64,000 nucleotides of DNA from an uncultured Candidatus Rokubacteria bacterium. Its GTDB lineage: Bacteria > Methylomirabilota > Methylomirabilia > Rokubacteriales > CSP1-6. The notes under the pieces were generated by a model. That model had not been told where the DNA came from and did not search any database. It saw only the letters and a list, made by a program, of their open reading frames with translations. Shown piece by piece: positions 44,017 to 55,276 of the stretch (position 1 is its first letter; each line of letters opens with the position of its first letter). Made by a program: the position numbers and the translations under genes. The stretch covers positions 192,001 to 256,000 of the forward strand of contig CAVVEU010000024.1 in the NCBI GenBank assembly GCA_963747235.1, written 5' to 3'.

Positions 44017-45099
44017 CTAGACAAGCTCCTTCAGAACGTCGAGCACGGCGTCCCTCGGCACGTCGGACACCACGCGGAACGACCCGATCTCGGGCGCTAA
44101 GACAAACGGGACCCGTCCGTCCCGGCTCTTCTTGTCACGCGACAACGCTTCGACCACGGCTGCCGGCTGGACCTGAATCCCGGCGACCGGCAGCCCGACC
44201 GCGGCGAGCAGGGACACCTGGCGCTTCGTCGCGGCCGGGCTACCGATCCCCAATCGCTCGGCCAGCCGAGCCTCCGCCGCGATGCCCAGTGAGACGGCCT
44301 CGCCATGAGTCCAGACTCGAAACCCGGTGGCAGCCTCGATGGCATGGCCGACGGTGTGGCCGTAGTTCAGCACCCATCGCAGCTCGGCTTCCTGTTCGTC
44401 CCGCTCCACGATCCCGGCTTTGAGCCGGCAGGATCCGGCCACCACCCGCTCGAGCGTCGTCAGGTCACGACCGACCAGCGCTTGAACGCTGGCCTCGAGA
44501 TCTTCGAAGTAGCCAGCGTCCAGCACGATCCCGTGCTTGATGACCTCGGCCAGCCCGGATCGGAACTCGCGCTCGGGCAGCGTGGCGAGCACGGCCGGAT
44601 CCACGAGGACCAGCCGGGGCTGATGGAAGGCGCCGATCAGGTTCTTGGCGCGCGGATGATCGATGGCCGTCTTGCCCCCGATCGACGCGTCCACCTGCGC
44701 CAGGAGTGTCGTGGGCACCTGGACGAAGTTCATGCCGCGCATGTAGGTGGCGGCGACGAAGCCCGAGAGATCCCCCACCGCTCCGCCACCCAGGGCCACC
44801 ACCGTGGAGCTCCGATCGCACCCTTCGTCCAGCAGCCGGTCCCACAGCCCCCGCGCCGTCTCGAGCACCTTGGCCTGCTCGCCCTCCGGGACGGAGAGGC
44901 GGATCAGATCGAAGCCGGCGCCGGAGAGGCTCCGCGCGACCGGCTCGCCGTGCAGCCGGTCGATCGCGGGATCGGTGATCAGGATCGCCTTGCGGCCGAC
45001 GCGCAGCTTGGCGAGCTCGGCCCCCACCGTGCCCAGGGCGCCGATGGCCACCAGGATCCGGTACGCGCGCGAGCCGAGATTGACGGGTATGTCGGTCAT
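44017..45099 (-). CDS. aroB: 3-dehydroquinate synthase
   Basis: GGGAVGD, PTTLLAQVDASIGGK, KNLIGAF, LNYGHT, HGEAV. Confidence 0.95.
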   Translation of the reverse strand: MTDIPVNLGSRAYRILVAIGALGTVGAELAKLRVGRKAILITDPAIDRLHGEPVARSLSGAGFDLIRLSVPEGEQAKVLETARGLWDRLLDEGCDRSSTVVALGGGAVGDLSGFVAATYMRGMNFVQVPTTLLAQVDASIGGKTAIDHPRAKNLIGAFHQPRLVLVDPAVLATLPEREFRSGLAEVIKHGIVLDAGYFEDLEASVQALVGRDLTTLERVVAGSCRLKAGIVERDEQEAELRWVLNYGHTVGHAIEAATGFRVWTHGEAVSLGIAAEARLAERLGIGSPAATKRQVSLLAAVGLPVAGIQVQPAAVVEALSRDKKSRDGRVPFVLAPEIGSFRVVSDVPRDAVLDVLKELV

Positions 45100-45148
45100 C
45101 GTCTTCGAGCTCAGAGGCCCCTGCGGCTGGCGGAAGCCAGGGGCAAGC

Positions 45149-46321
45149 CTACCAGTCTTTGAGGTAGTCCAGGTATCCCTGATAGTTGCGGCGGATCTCG
45201 TCCACGCTGTCCCCGCCGAACTTCTCGAGAAACGCCTCGGCCAGCACGATGGCCATCATGGCCTCGCCCACCACGCCGGCGGCGGGCACCGCGCAGACGT
45301 CGCTCCGCTCCACCACGGCTTCCACGGCTTCGCGCGTGTCGAGATCGACCGAGCGGAGGGGCTTGCGCAGGGTCGAGATCGGCTTCATCGCGGCCCGGAC
45401 GACCACCGGCTGGCCGTTGGTCACCCCGCCCTCGAGACCCCCCGCGCTGTTGGAGCCGCGGTGGAAGCCGGCCTCCTTGTCGAAGAGGATCTCGTCGTGG
45501 ACCTGGGATCCGGGGCGGCGCGCGGCCTCGAATCCGAGCCCGATCTCGGCTCCCTTGATCGCGTGGATCGAGCAGAACGCGCGGGCGAGCTGCCCGTCGA
45601 GCTTCCGGTCCCATTGCACGTAGGAGCCCAGGCCGACCGGGCACCCCAGGGCGACCACCTCGAACACTCCGCCGAGGGTGTCGCCGGCCGCCTTGGCCCG
45701 GTCGATGGCCTCGATCATCGCGGCCTCGGCGCCCGGATCCGCGCAGCGGACCTCGCTGGCCTCCGCGCGCCGCTGCACCTCGTCCCACGCGACCTCGAGC
45801 GGGCCGATCCGGATCCCGCCGATCTCCGTGACGTGGCTCAGGATCGTGATGCCGAACTCGCCGAGCAGACGCTTGGCGACTCCCGCCACCGCGACCCGGG
45901 CCGTCGTCTCGCGGGCGCTCGAGCGCTCGAGCACGTTGCGGATGTCATGGTGACCGTACTTCATCGCGCCCGCGAGGTCGGCGTGCCCCGGCCGCGGACG
46001 GGTGATCATCTTGGGGACGGCGCCCTCGGGCGGCGGGCCGACGGACATCGTCTGCTGCCAGTTCTCCCAGTCCCGGTTGCGGATGGTCAGCGTGAGCGGG
46101 CTGCCGAGCGTGAGACCCCACCGTACGCCGGCGGAGATGTGGGCCTGGTCCCGCTCGATCTTCATCCGGCCGCCGCGGCCGTAGCCGCGCTGGCGGCGGG
46201 CGAGATCGGCGTTGATGTCGGCTTCGGTAAGAGCCAGACCCGCCGGAAGTCCGTCGATGACGGCGGTCAGCGCCTCACCGTGGGACTCGCCGGCGGTGAG
46301 GAAACGCAGCCGCCCGCCCAC
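45149..46321 (-). CDS. aroC: Chorismate synthase
   Basis: [32 protein letters not shown]. Confidence 0.95.
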   Translation of the reverse strand: MGGRLRFLTAGESHGEALTAVIDGLPAGLALTEADINADLARRQRGYGRGGRMKIERDQAHISAGVRWGLTLGSPLTLTIRNRDWENWQQTMSVGPPPEGAVPKMITRPRPGHADLAGAMKYGHHDIRNVLERSSARETTARVAVAGVAKRLLGEFGITILSHVTEIGGIRIGPLEVAWDEVQRRAEASEVRCADPGAEAAMIEAIDRAKAAGDTLGGVFEVVALGCPVGLGSYVQWDRKLDGQLARAFCSIHAIKGAEIGLGFEAARRPGSQVHDEILFDKEAGFHRGSNSAGGLEGGVTNGQPVVVRAAMKPISTLRKPLRSVDLDTREAVEAVVERSDVCAVPAAGVVGEAMMAIVLAEAFLEKFGGDSVDEIRRNYQGYLDYLKDW

Positions 46322-48945
46322 CTACCTTCTGGGGGCGGCGGCCGGCACGCCGTCTGTCTTCAGGATCGAGGGCGTCATGAAGACGACCAGCTCACGACCG
46401 GTCTCGAAGTCCTCGCGCTGCTTGAACAGCCAGCCGAGGATCGGCACGTCGCCCATGAGGGGGACCTTGCGGACGGTCTTCTGCTGGACGTTCTGGGTGA
46501 CGCCGCCGATGACAAGCCGGTCGCCTTCGCGGACGAGGACCTGGGTCTCGGCCTTGCGCCGGTTGATGATCGGCACGCTCACGCCGGCCGCCGGGCTGAT
46601 CACGTCACCCCGCGAGTTGTTCTCCACGATCACCGTCATCTTGACCTTGCGAATCTCCTGGCCGTCGATGGTCTCACGGATCACTGTCGGCGTCACCTCG
46701 AGCTTCAGGACCGCTTCCTTGAACTGCACCTGGGTGCCCGCCGAGCTGACCGTGGCGTACGGGATTTCTTCACCAAGCGTGAAGGCGGCCTTGTTGTTCT
46801 CCACCGTGACGATCTCGGGGTGAGCCAGCGTGCGGGTTTTTCCGAGCGTGGCGAGGGCCTGGAGCGCCAGGTTGATGTTGAACTTGGTCCCGACGATGCC
46901 GAAGGCGATGCCTCCCGCCGGGGTGGTGGTGGACGCGTTCGGCAGCAGCGAGAACGGCAGGTTCACGAGGTTGCCACCCGTGGCGAGGCCGGTAGCGGCG
47001 GCCACCGGCAGCAGCGACCCGAGGGTCAGATTGGGGTTGACCGGGGTAAGGGCGCCCGGCGCGGCTGCGATGCCCGCTCGGCCGGGGTCCGTGCTCTGGA
47101 AGCCCTGGCCGATCAGCGTGTTGCCGCCGACGTTCCCGGCCGTGGCGCCACCCCACTGGACCCCGATGGCCTCGAGCGAGTTGCGGTCCAGGATCTCCAT
47201 CCGCGCCTCGATCTTGATCTGGGGCAGCGGCACGTCGAGTTGCTCACGGATGAGCTTCTTGAGCCGCTCGAGGTCGGCCTCGTAATGGCGAATGAAGAGA
47301 CTGTTCGTCGCCTTGTTGGCCCTGACCGTGATGCCCTTGGCCAGGACGTCCTGGCTGGGTGACACCGCGGGCTGCACCAGCGGCGGGAATGGGGCGTTGG
47401 TCTGCGGGAGGCCGCGCAGCTCCGGGTTGAGAGGCCCCGACCCTGAGGGGATCACGATCGGATTGGCCGGCACGCCCGGCACGAGCGGTGTGCCGGGCAC
47501 CTGCACACCCTCCGGCGGGATGCCGAGGATGCCCTGCAGGGTCAGCGCGACCTCGATCGGGTCGGCGTAGGAGAGGCGGATGACCTCCTCGCGGAGCGGA
47601 CCACGAGCCTGCGCCTCGGCAGCCGCCGCGTCAGCGGCGAGCTTCCGGGTGGCGAGCTCCGTCTCCTTGAGCTGCGCCTCGGCCATCTTGGTGCGCGTTT
47701 CGATCTCCGCGTTCCGCTTGGCCGCCTCGACCCGCGTGAGCGCTTCCTTTTCCTTGGTCAGCTGCTCGATCGACACGATGCGGATCACGCCTTCCCGCTC
47801 GACCTTCGCGAGGCCACGCACCTCGAGGATCGTATCCAGGGCCTGCTCCCAGGTCACGTTCTTCAGCGAGATGGACACGCGCCCCTTGACGTCGTCACCG
47901 GACACGATGTTCCGGCCGCTCTCCGCGGCCAGGATCCGCAGCAGGTTGACCACGTCGGCGTCCTTGAAATCCAGGGAGATCAGCTTTTCGCCGGACGCCG
48001 GCGTCGAGGCCGCGGGCGGCGGAGGCGGAGCGGGAGTGCTCGCCTGGGCCACCATCTGGCGGGCCGGGGCGGCCGCCACGGGGATCGTGGTCGTCTGCGC
48101 GAGCATCTGGCGAGCCGGGATCACCGGCGCCGCCGCTACCGCTGGGGCAGGCGGCGGCGTGACCGCGGCCACCGGTGGGACACGGACCGGCGCCGGAGGC
48201 TCCTTGCTCGCGGGCGTCGGGCTGACCGGGGCCGCCGCGGGCGCGGGCTTGTCCGCGGGCTTCGCCGCGGCGACTACGATGGGCTTGGGAGCGGGCTTGG
48301 GCGCCTCGACGGCGGCAACCACAGTCGGCTTGGGAGCGGCCTTCGGTGTCTCGACGGCGGCAACCACGGCCGGCTTGGGAGCGGCCTTGGCCGCGTCCGT
48401 GGCAGAGTCGGTGACGATGCTGGCCGGGGCCACCTTCTCGGCCGGCTTCACGGTGGCCATGACGGCCGGCTTCGGGGCGATCTTGGCCGTGTCCGACACG
48501 CCGGTGGTGACCTTGGCCGACTCGAGCTTGGTCTCCGGGGACCGCCCGTTCGAGTTCTCGATCGCGACGACGAGCCCCTCCGGGGTCTCGTCGATTCGGT
48601 AGCCGACGTCGGTACGGTTCATCTCCACGACCACCCGGGCCACGCCCTTGCGCCACTGGCTGCCGCGGACTTCCTTGACCGGGTCGACACCGGACATCCA
48701 GCGCGACTTGGAGGAGCTGTACGTCGCGCCGGAGAGTCGATGACGAGCCGGGTGGGGGAGTCGATGAGCTTCGCCTCGTACTGGGTCGGCCCGGAGGTCT
48801 TGACCGTGACCGCGGCTCCGTCGAAGGCCCGCTCGATGGTGACGTCCTTGAGCTGGACCGGCGTGTCGGTCGTCTGAGACGAGCCGATCCCGGTGACCGC
48901 CAGCGATACCGCCACGACGAGACCAGCTATCCGCGCGCTTCTCAT
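46322..48945 (-). CDS. pilQ: Type IV pilus secretin with AMIN domains (indel near 48730)
   Basis: Signal peptide, PTRLVID AMIN motif, ISLDFKDAD N0 domain, QIKIEARM, KVPLMGDVPILGWLFK. Confidence 0.9.
48260..48392 (-). repeat. About 3 x 45-bp tandem repeat in the PilQ linker (PKAAPKPxVVAAVEx)
   Basis: ggcttgggagcgg recurs at 48282, 48327 and 48372. Confidence 0.75.
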
Positions 48946-48971
48946 CAGGTCAGTCCCCCCCCTCATACCGT

Positions 48972-49439
48972 CTAGTTCTCTGGCAGCCGCAGCGTCAGGC
49001 TGGAGGCGCTCTGCGAGCCCCGAGCCGTGACCGCGAACGTGACCGAGGTTGGCGTGATGCCGGTGACGCGCCCATCGCCCAATGCGTCGCCCGGCTTGAG
49101 AATGTAGCCGATGCCGTCCGGTGCCTCGACAAGGGCCATCAGCCCCCCTCGGCCCCCGACGACCCCGGTAAGCTTCACGGCGCTGACGGAGAGGCCCGCG
49201 TTGTCCTTGCCCACGAAGATCGGGGTGAACGGGTCGCGTCGGCCCTTCGGCTCGTAGGCGATCGGCGGCAGGGCCTTGCTCGTCTCCGGCTCCTTCGGCC
49301 GCACCACCGGTGCCGCGGCGACGGGCGCCGCGGGTGCCACTGCCACGGGCGGTGGCGGAGGCGTCCCGCCTCCGCAGCCTGCCGCCATCGTGGCCACGAC
49401 ACCGACTATGACGACCAGCCCCGACGTGCCGTGCTTCAT
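48972..49439 (-). CDS. pilP: Type IV pilus lipoprotein PilP
   Basis: Lipobox AAGC, Pro-rich linker, YEPKGRRDPF, ALVEAPDG. Confidence 0.82.
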   Translation of the reverse strand: MKHGTSGLVVIVGVVATMAAGCGGGTPPPPPVAVAPAAPVAAAPVVRPKEPETSKALPPIAYEPKGRRDPFTPIFVGKDNAGLSVSAVKLTGVVGGRGGLMALVEAPDGIGYILKPGDALGDGRVTGITPTSVTFAVTARGSQSASSLTLRLPEN

Positions 49440-50044
49440 CGACCGGCCCCCGGCTGGCCCGGCTGCGGCTTGGGCGGTGGCGCTCCCTCCGGCCGGAAGA
49501 TATAGGTCATCAGCGTGACCTCCGCCCGGATCGTTCCGGTCGGCCGGTCGATGCCGAGCAGCCGCCAGTCGTTCAGGTTCACGATCCGAGGCATCTTGCC
49601 CATTCGAGCCAGGAAGTTACCGAACTGATGGAAGGTGCCCTCGGCGTTCACCGTGATCGGCACGTCGAAGAAGATTTCCTTCTCCTCGGGGGTCCGAGGG
49701 GTGAACACCGCCATGGCCAGTCCCGACTGGAAGGCCAGATCCGAGATCTGCCGGTACAGACCCGGCATCTCCTTCTCGGTGGGCAGGCGCTCCTGGGCGG
49801 CCTCGAGGCGCTTGCGCAGAGCTTCGGCCTGGGCCCGGAAGCCGCGGAGACTGGCCTCCAGCGCCTGGGCCTGCGTCAACTCGGCGCGGACCTGCTCGCC
49901 CTGCGACCGCAGGGCATCCCGCTCGATCTGCTTGGGAGACAGCAGCAGGAAATAGCCCAGTGCCGCGACGATCACGCAGAGGGTGACCCCCAGCGCGATC
50001 TTCTGGTTCTTCGGAGCGTTGGTGATGGGATCCAGGAGGGCCAT
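49436..50044 (-). CDS. pilO: Type IV pilus assembly protein PilO
   Basis: TM plus coiled coil, LPTEKEMP, GTFHQFGNF, PRIVN. Confidence 0.88.
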   Translation of the reverse strand: MALLDPITNAPKNQKIALGVTLCVIVAALGYFLLLSPKQIERDALRSQGEQVRAELTQAQALEASLRGFRAQAEALRKRLEAAQERLPTEKEMPGLYRQISDLAFQSGLAMAVFTPRTPEEKEIFFDVPITVNAEGTFHQFGNFLARMGKMPRIVNLNDWRLLGIDRPTGTIRAEVTLMTYIFRPEGAPPPKPQPGQPGAGR

Positions 50045-50048
50045 CGGC

Positions 50049-50603
50049 CTAGATCTCGAACCGGCACGACACCTCGAAGGTGATCGTGCGAGGTGACTTG
50101 CTCAGGTCTTGCTTGGCGTCGAGCAGATCCACGTCCTTGAAGCGGCCGGAGGCCTTCAGGTTGGCCATGAAGTCCGAGAGAGCGACCGACGAGTAGGTGG
50201 TGCCCGCGATCCGCAGGCTCGGCCCCCGCTCTTCCAGACGGGTCAGCCAAAGGTCGGGAGGCAGGGTGTCCGCCATGGCGTCCAGGAGGTAGACCGGCCG
50301 GGCCTGGTTGCGGGCCACGGTCTCGATGGCGTTGAGCCGGCGCTCCAGCTCGTCCCGCTCGCGGCGATACCGCTGGCCGGCCGCGATGATGGGCTTGAGC
50401 CGCTCGAGCTCGCGTCGGTTGTTCTCGATCTCGGCGGTGAGCCGGCGGCTTTCCAGCGACATGCTGAGCCACCAGCCGCCGATGATCAGCACGAGAACGG
50501 CCAGGATCCCACCAAACAGCAGGCTGAGATTGATCTCGGCGCCGCTGCTGGCCGCTCGGCGCGGCCGCTTGGTCGTGGGAGGGGCGAGGTTGACCTTGAT
50601 CAT
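50049..50603 (-). CDS. pilN: Type IV pilus assembly protein PilN
   Basis: MIKVNLAP, TM, coiled coil, LPPDLWLT. Confidence 0.87.
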   Translation of the reverse strand: MIKVNLAPPTTKRPRRAASSGAEINLSLLFGGILAVLVLIIGGWWLSMSLESRRLTAEIENNRRELERLKPIIAAGQRYRRERDELERRLNAIETVARNQARPVYLLDAMADTLPPDLWLTRLEERGPSLRIAGTTYSSVALSDFMANLKASGRFKDVDLLDAKQDLSKSPRTITFEVSCRFEI

Positions 50604-51661
50604 GCGGGCTTGTCTCCCGGGCGGCGAAGAGCGAGTCCGACCGCCACCGCCAGCACGGGGCCGATCTGCTCCGGATCCTCGTCGGCGAACTGGGCCGCGT
50701 CGTGCTCGATGCCCTGGAACGGTCGAGCGAGCTCGACCGGGACACCCCAGGACGAGCCCAGGAAGTCGTCGAGGCCGGTCAGCTTCGCGCAGCCCCCTGA
50801 CAGGACGATCTTGCCGATCCTCTCGGATTCCGCCGTCGATGCGAAGTAGTCGAAGGTCCGCTGGACCTCGAGCGACAGCTCCCGGGAGACGGCTTCCAGG
50901 GCGGGCACGAGATCGTCCCAATTCACGCCGACCTCGCGTCCCTGCTTGGCCGCCTCCGCCATCTCGACCGAGACGCTCAGGCGCTGGGCGATGGCGTCCG
51001 TATAGTTGTTGCCCCCGAACGGGACGTCGCGGGCGAAGATGCACGCCCCGCCCTGGATGACGTTGGTCTTCATGACGCTGGCGCCGATGTCGATGAGCGC
51101 GACCGCATCGGTCCCGTCACCGGCACTGCTCAGCTCGAACTGGTTCTGGATCGCGAACGCGTCCAGGTCCACCACGACCGCGTCCAGGCCGGCCGCTTCG
51201 ACCGCGGCCACGTACTCGAGAACCTTGACCTTCTTGGTCGCCACCAGGACCACCGACATGGCGTTGGCCGACTGGCTGACCACCTGGTAGTCGAGGAAGA
51301 CGTCGTCGATGGCGAAGGGGATGTGGTGCTCCGCCTCGAGCTGGATGGCGTCTCCCAGCTCCTTCGCGGTCACCTTGGGCAGCGGCACGCGCTTGACGAT
51401 CGCCTCGCGTCCGGAGACCGAGATGATCGTGCTCGTCCCGGTGATCCCCGCCTTCTCGACGCATTCTCGGATCGCGTCGGTCACCACCTGAGGCTCCCGG
51501 ATGGTGCCCTCGGCGATGACGTCCCGCGGAAGCGGGACCATGGCGAATGATTTGAGCGCGAGCCCGCCCTTGCTCTGGACGAGTTCTACAACCTTGATCG
51601 CGCTCGTACCGATGTCGAGCCCAAATGTCGTGGGCTTCTTGCCTAGTCCAAACAGCGCCAT
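50600..51661 (-). CDS. pilM: Type IV pilus assembly protein PilM
   Basis: GLDIGTSAIK, IPF, LIDIGA, FGGN, LSGG, AVGLALR. Confidence 0.92.
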   Translation of the reverse strand: MALFGLGKKPTTFGLDIGTSAIKVVELVQSKGGLALKSFAMVPLPRDVIAEGTIREPQVVTDAIRECVEKAGITGTSTIISVSGREAIVKRVPLPKVTAKELGDAIQLEAEHHIPFAIDDVFLDYQVVSQSANAMSVVLVATKKVKVLEYVAAVEAAGLDAVVVDLDAFAIQNQFELSSAGDGTDAVALIDIGASVMKTNVIQGGACIFARDVPFGGNNYTDAIAQRLSVSVEMAEAAKQGREVGVNWDDLVPALEAVSRELSLEVQRTFDYFASTAESERIGKIVLSGGCAKLTGLDDFLGSSWGVPVELARPFQGIEHDAAQFADEDPEQIGPVLAVAVGLALRRPGDKPA

Positions 51662-51758
51662 ATTCGGCTCCCGGCCTTCTCCTGACTCTGACTCCACTTC
51701 ACTGAAGAAGCGAATCAGCTGTCAGCCCGGTGCGTTGTGGAAGGAAACTCTATCGTGG

Positions 51759-51794
51759 TGACAGTTTATAACGGTGCGGCATTTAAACTGTCAA
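51759..51794 (-). promoter_or_regulatory. sigma70-like pilM promoter embedded in a 10-bp inverted repeat
   Basis: Minus strand TTGACA-N18-TATAAA; arms TGACAGTTTA / TAAACTGTCA. Confidence 0.6.
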
Positions 51795-51899
51795 CACTTC
51801 TTGCGCTACGGCGTGCGTTTCCGTGTTTCGCCGACCCCGACCGGTGGGGTTTCCGCCTGCACGAAGACCATCGGCGTGTGTTCCGTTCGGAACAGGCGC

Positions 51900-53057
51900 C
51901 TACCCGGCGACTTCCCGGTAGCTGCCCGGCTTCACCATCCATCGCTGCGGGATGCGGCCTCCGCCGGACCGGCCCACTTCGCAGCTCCACACGAGCGCGG
52001 TATCACCCGCGGGGCGCGCGTCGATCAGACTCGGCGCCGTGCTCCGGACGTGTCCGGCCATCGCCGCGCCCACCACCCGGGCCGCGCCCGTCTGGCTGAG
52101 GCGGTCTGCCGCGTAGGCCAGGCCCTGGATCGTGACGTCGCCGCCGACGGACAGGCTCCCGTTCACGATGAGCCACCCTCGGAACGATCCGCCGGGTCCG
52201 GCCGCACCGTCGCCGATGGTGGCCGCCGCGAGATCGGCGATGGGCGTCGCGTCGGTGATGGGCTGGCCGCTGCCCGTATCGACGAAGACTACCCCGTCCG
52301 GGATTCGGCGTGACGCGTCGAAGGTCACGGCGCCCTGATAGTAGGTGCCGCGCACCCGCGCGACGGCCTTCAGCGCCTGGAGCTCGGCCGCGCTGAAGGC
52401 GAGGCCGTCGAAGGCTCCAACCGGCTGCGCCTGGCGCATGTCGGTCGGCTCGTTCGGGATCGCCGCGTCGCCGCCCCGTCCCTGGATCTGCGCGCCGGCG
52501 CCGGCGGTGGTCACTCCGGACGACCAGGTCCCCGCGCGATCGCCACAGCTGCCATCGGCGCTGGCGTCAACGGTGACGCCAGCGCCGATCATGAGATCAC
52601 CGCGCACCGCGAGTCCGGCGGGCGGAGCCGGGAATCGGAGGCGGATGAGGGTGGCGGTGATGTTCTGGCGCGCCCGACCCAGGGGACCGGTGTCGCCGGG
52701 CACGAGGCCGATGGCGGCCACCTCTCGCTGGCGATCGCCCTCGCCGCTGACCGTGAGGCGGAAGCCACCCAGCATGGCGCCCGACTCCGTCGCCACGCCG
52801 AGAAAGACACTGCCGTCGTAAGGGGCCGCGGCCGTCCCCGACCAGGGGATCCCATCGGCGGACTCGGGAGTGCTGAGCGCCCACACTGCCCGCTCGAGGC
52901 CCGCTTCGGCCAGCGCCTGGGCCTGGACGATCATGACGTGGTTGCTCGCGATGAGCGGCTCCTGTCCCGTGAGCGACGAAAGGCCCAGCAGCACGGCCGA
53001 GAGCACCACGAGGATCAGCATCGCGATGGGAAGGACGGCGCCACGCTGGTCGCGCAT
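51900..53057 (-). CDS. PilX-like minor pilin with an extended C-terminal domain
   Basis: QRG/AVLPIAM prepilin site without E5; ALAEAGLERA. Confidence 0.75.
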   Translation of the reverse strand: MRDQRGAVLPIAMLILVVLSAVLLGLSSLTGQEPLIASNHVMIVQAQALAEAGLERAVWALSTPESADGIPWSGTAAAPYDGSVFLGVATESGAMLGGFRLTVSGEGDRQREVAAIGLVPGDTGPLGRARQNITATLIRLRFPAPPAGLAVRGDLMIGAGVTVDASADGSCGDRAGTWSSGVTTAGAGAQIQGRGGDAAIPNEPTDMRQAQPVGAFDGLAFSAAELQALKAVARVRGTYYQGAVTFDASRRIPDGVVFVDTGSGQPITDATPIADLAAATIGDGAAGPGGSFRGWLIVNGSLSVGGDVTIQGLAYAADRLSQTGAARVVGAAMAGHVRSTAPSLIDARPAGDTALVWSCEVGRSGGGRIPQRWMVKPGSYREVAG

Positions 53058-53058
53058 C

Positions 53059-53493
53059 TCAGCGGGATCCGATGTAGGTGCTGACGGTGACCGCGCCGCG
53101 ACGAGTCGAGGCCGGGCCCTGCCCCGCCGCGGCCGGGTAGGTCACGGTGACCGTGACCTGACGGACGCCGGGGGTTGCGATGCCCGAGCACCCGGGGGCG
53201 AGCTCACAGTCCCGGACGCGGACCGCTCGGCTGAAGGCGCCATGGGGCGCCGTCAGCGACGCTTCGTCGGCGAACGCGATGACATTCGCCCCGGAGCCCA
53301 CCGCCAGGCGGATCTGCTCGAGCCGCTGGGTGGCGAGAAAGGCGGCGCCGGACCGGTGGGCACCTTCGTGCACGCCGAATCCAGCGAGCGGGAGCAGGGA
53401 GATCAAGGCGACGAGGCCGATGGAGAGCACGGTGAGCGCGGAGAGAACCTCCGCGAGCGTCAAGCCATGCTCCTGCGCAAGGAGCGACCGCAC
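53059..53493 (-). CDS. PilV-like minor pilin
   Basis: EHG/LTLAEV prepilin site; QRLEQIR; RQVTVTVTY. Confidence 0.72.
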   Translation of the reverse strand: MRSLLAQEHGLTLAEVLSALTVLSIGLVALISLLPLAGFGVHEGAHRSGAAFLATQRLEQIRLAVGSGANVIAFADEASLTAPHGAFSRAVRVRDCELAPGCSGIATPGVRQVTVTVTYPAAAGQGPASTRRGAVTVSTYIGSR

Positions 53494-53503
53494 GCGGGCT
53501 GAC

Positions 53504-53995
53504 CTAGGGGCAGACAGAGGCGGTAGCGGAAGCGAGACAGACACGGCCGGAGGCGCGCGACGATGACCCTCAAGGTCCGTCCGCTGGGCACGTCCGTCAC
53601 GGTGTACGTCGCTCCCGTGGTGGCATTTCCGAGCTGGCCGAAGATCGCGCTGGCGGTCGAGGAGAGGCTGATGTTCTCCGGCAGCCGGACGTTGCCCGCG
53701 GCGCCCGAGAGCCCGGGCAGCGAAGATCACGGTTCCGCCGCGCAGTGCTGGTCGTTCTGAACTGCATGGTGCTCGTGGTATGGGCCACGCACACCGGCCC
53801 GTTCGTCTTGATCGCCAGCTGGCGGCCCTCGTTGAGGTATGCGCTCACTGTCCGCGCCCCGGCCTGGGCCCGGGCACTCCGGAGGTAGTTCAAGAAGGAG
53901 GGCATGGCCCACGTGGTCACGATCAGGATCATGCCGACCGTGATGACCAGCTCGATAAGCGAGTAGCCGGCCTGTGTAGACCGTCGACCGGGCAT
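53504..53995 (-). CDS. FimT/GspH-like minor pilin (frameshifted)
   Basis: QAG/YSLIELV, MPSF, GRQLAI, IFGQLG, ASGRV. Confidence 0.72.
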
Positions 53996-54337
53996 CCGAG
54001 AGACCAGGTATCGAAGCATGGCAGCCCAGTAAGCTAGCAAGAAGGGGACCAAGGCGGGATGCACTCTTCGGGAGCCTCCCCTCTCCCCCGTCGATCCAGA
54101 GCCGCTCTGATCCTCGAGGGAACGCAGAGTGGATAGCAATATAATCAGATACTTATATACATGCTCGGCCGGCCAATTTCCGTCTCCCTTCTGCAAGGCT
54201 CTGGAGACCACCTGATTGGGTGCCACTGCACGTCACCCCAGCCGACCACCTTCGACGATTCTCGGTGGGCCGCCACACTGGCTGTAGGGCGATGGACGGT
54301 GTGACGTCAATCCTGCGACGCCTGCCACGCGAAAGCC

Positions 54338-55120
54338 TCAGCTCTGGAACTGCGCGAAGTACCATGCCAGGAGGGCCTCACCCCAGAAGAGGCTGATGAA
54401 TCCGCCCAGGGCGAGGAACGGACCGAAGGGGATCGGGTCCTTCCGGCTCTTCCGGCCGGTGGCCAGAAGGGCCGCCGCCATGGGGCCTCCCAGGAGCGTC
54501 GAGAGCAGGATGCTCAGGAGGGCAAGCTTCCAGCCGAGGAAGGCCCCGAGCATGGCCCCGAGCTTGACGTCCCCGACGCCCATGCCCGCCTGTCCGAGCA
54601 CCAGGGTGCTGGCGACGATGATCACCACGAATATGCCGCCGCCGAGTAGGACGCCCAGGAGCGAGGGCGCCCATCCGATCCCGCCCGGCGCCAGGCTGAA
54701 CAGGACGCCAAGGGCGATCCCCGGCAGGCTGAGAACATCCGGGATGATCTGGTGATCCAGGTCGATCGCGGTGATCGCCACGAGGCCGGCCAGGAGGATC
54801 AAGGCCGCCGCGAGTGCCGTGCCCGCCTCGAAGCGGCTGTAGGCCAGCACGAACAGGACGCCGCAGGCGATCTCCACCGCCGGATAGCGCCACGAGATCG
54901 GCTCCCGGCAATTCCGACAGCGCCCGCGGAGGAACGTATAGGAGAGCACCGGGAGGTTGTCATACCAGGCGATCGCGTTTCCGCACCGCGGACATGCCGA
55001 GCCGGGGAAGACGATGCTCCGGCCTTCGGGGATCCGCGCGATGACCACGTTGAGGAAGCTGCCAACGCAGAGACCGACGATCGCGATGAAGGTCAAGGCG
55101 ATCCCCTCCGAAGTCAGCAC
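54338..55120 (-). CDS. pilD: Prepilin peptidase
   Basis: GSFLNVVI, CPRC/CRNC, IDLD, GMGVGDVKL, PFGPFL. Confidence 0.93.
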   Translation of the reverse strand: MLTSEGIALTFIAIVGLCVGSFLNVVIARIPEGRSIVFPGSACPRCGNAIAWYDNLPVLSYTFLRGRCRNCREPISWRYPAVEIACGVLFVLAYSRFEAGTALAAALILLAGLVAITAIDLDHQIIPDVLSLPGIALGVLFSLAPGGIGWAPSLLGVLLGGGIFVVIIVASTLVLGQAGMGVGDVKLGAMLGAFLGWKLALLSILLSTLLGGPMAAALLATGRKSRKDPIPFGPFLALGGFISLFWGEALLAWYFAQFQS

Positions 55121-55215
55121 TGCCCACTCCTTTGCTCATCACGATCACCGAGGTTGCCCAGCTGGTTGTGCATGCGCATCAACTATAAGGGCTGCGGCCG
55201 GTCCGTTCCTTCCCA

Positions 55216-55256
55216 GAAAATAAGCGGGGGAAGGAGCGGTCGGCTCCCTCCCCCGC
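55216..55256 (-). terminator. Rho-independent terminator after pilA copy B
   Basis: GCGGGGGAGGGAGC/GCTCCTTCCCCCGC stem followed by TTATTTT. Confidence 0.75.
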
Positions 55257-55276
55257 GAGGCCCGACTCTCGGTCCG

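Noticed and set aside
54209-54226. sigma54 promoter for the minor pilin operon
   Set aside because: TGGCAC is present but the -12 position reads GG rather than GC
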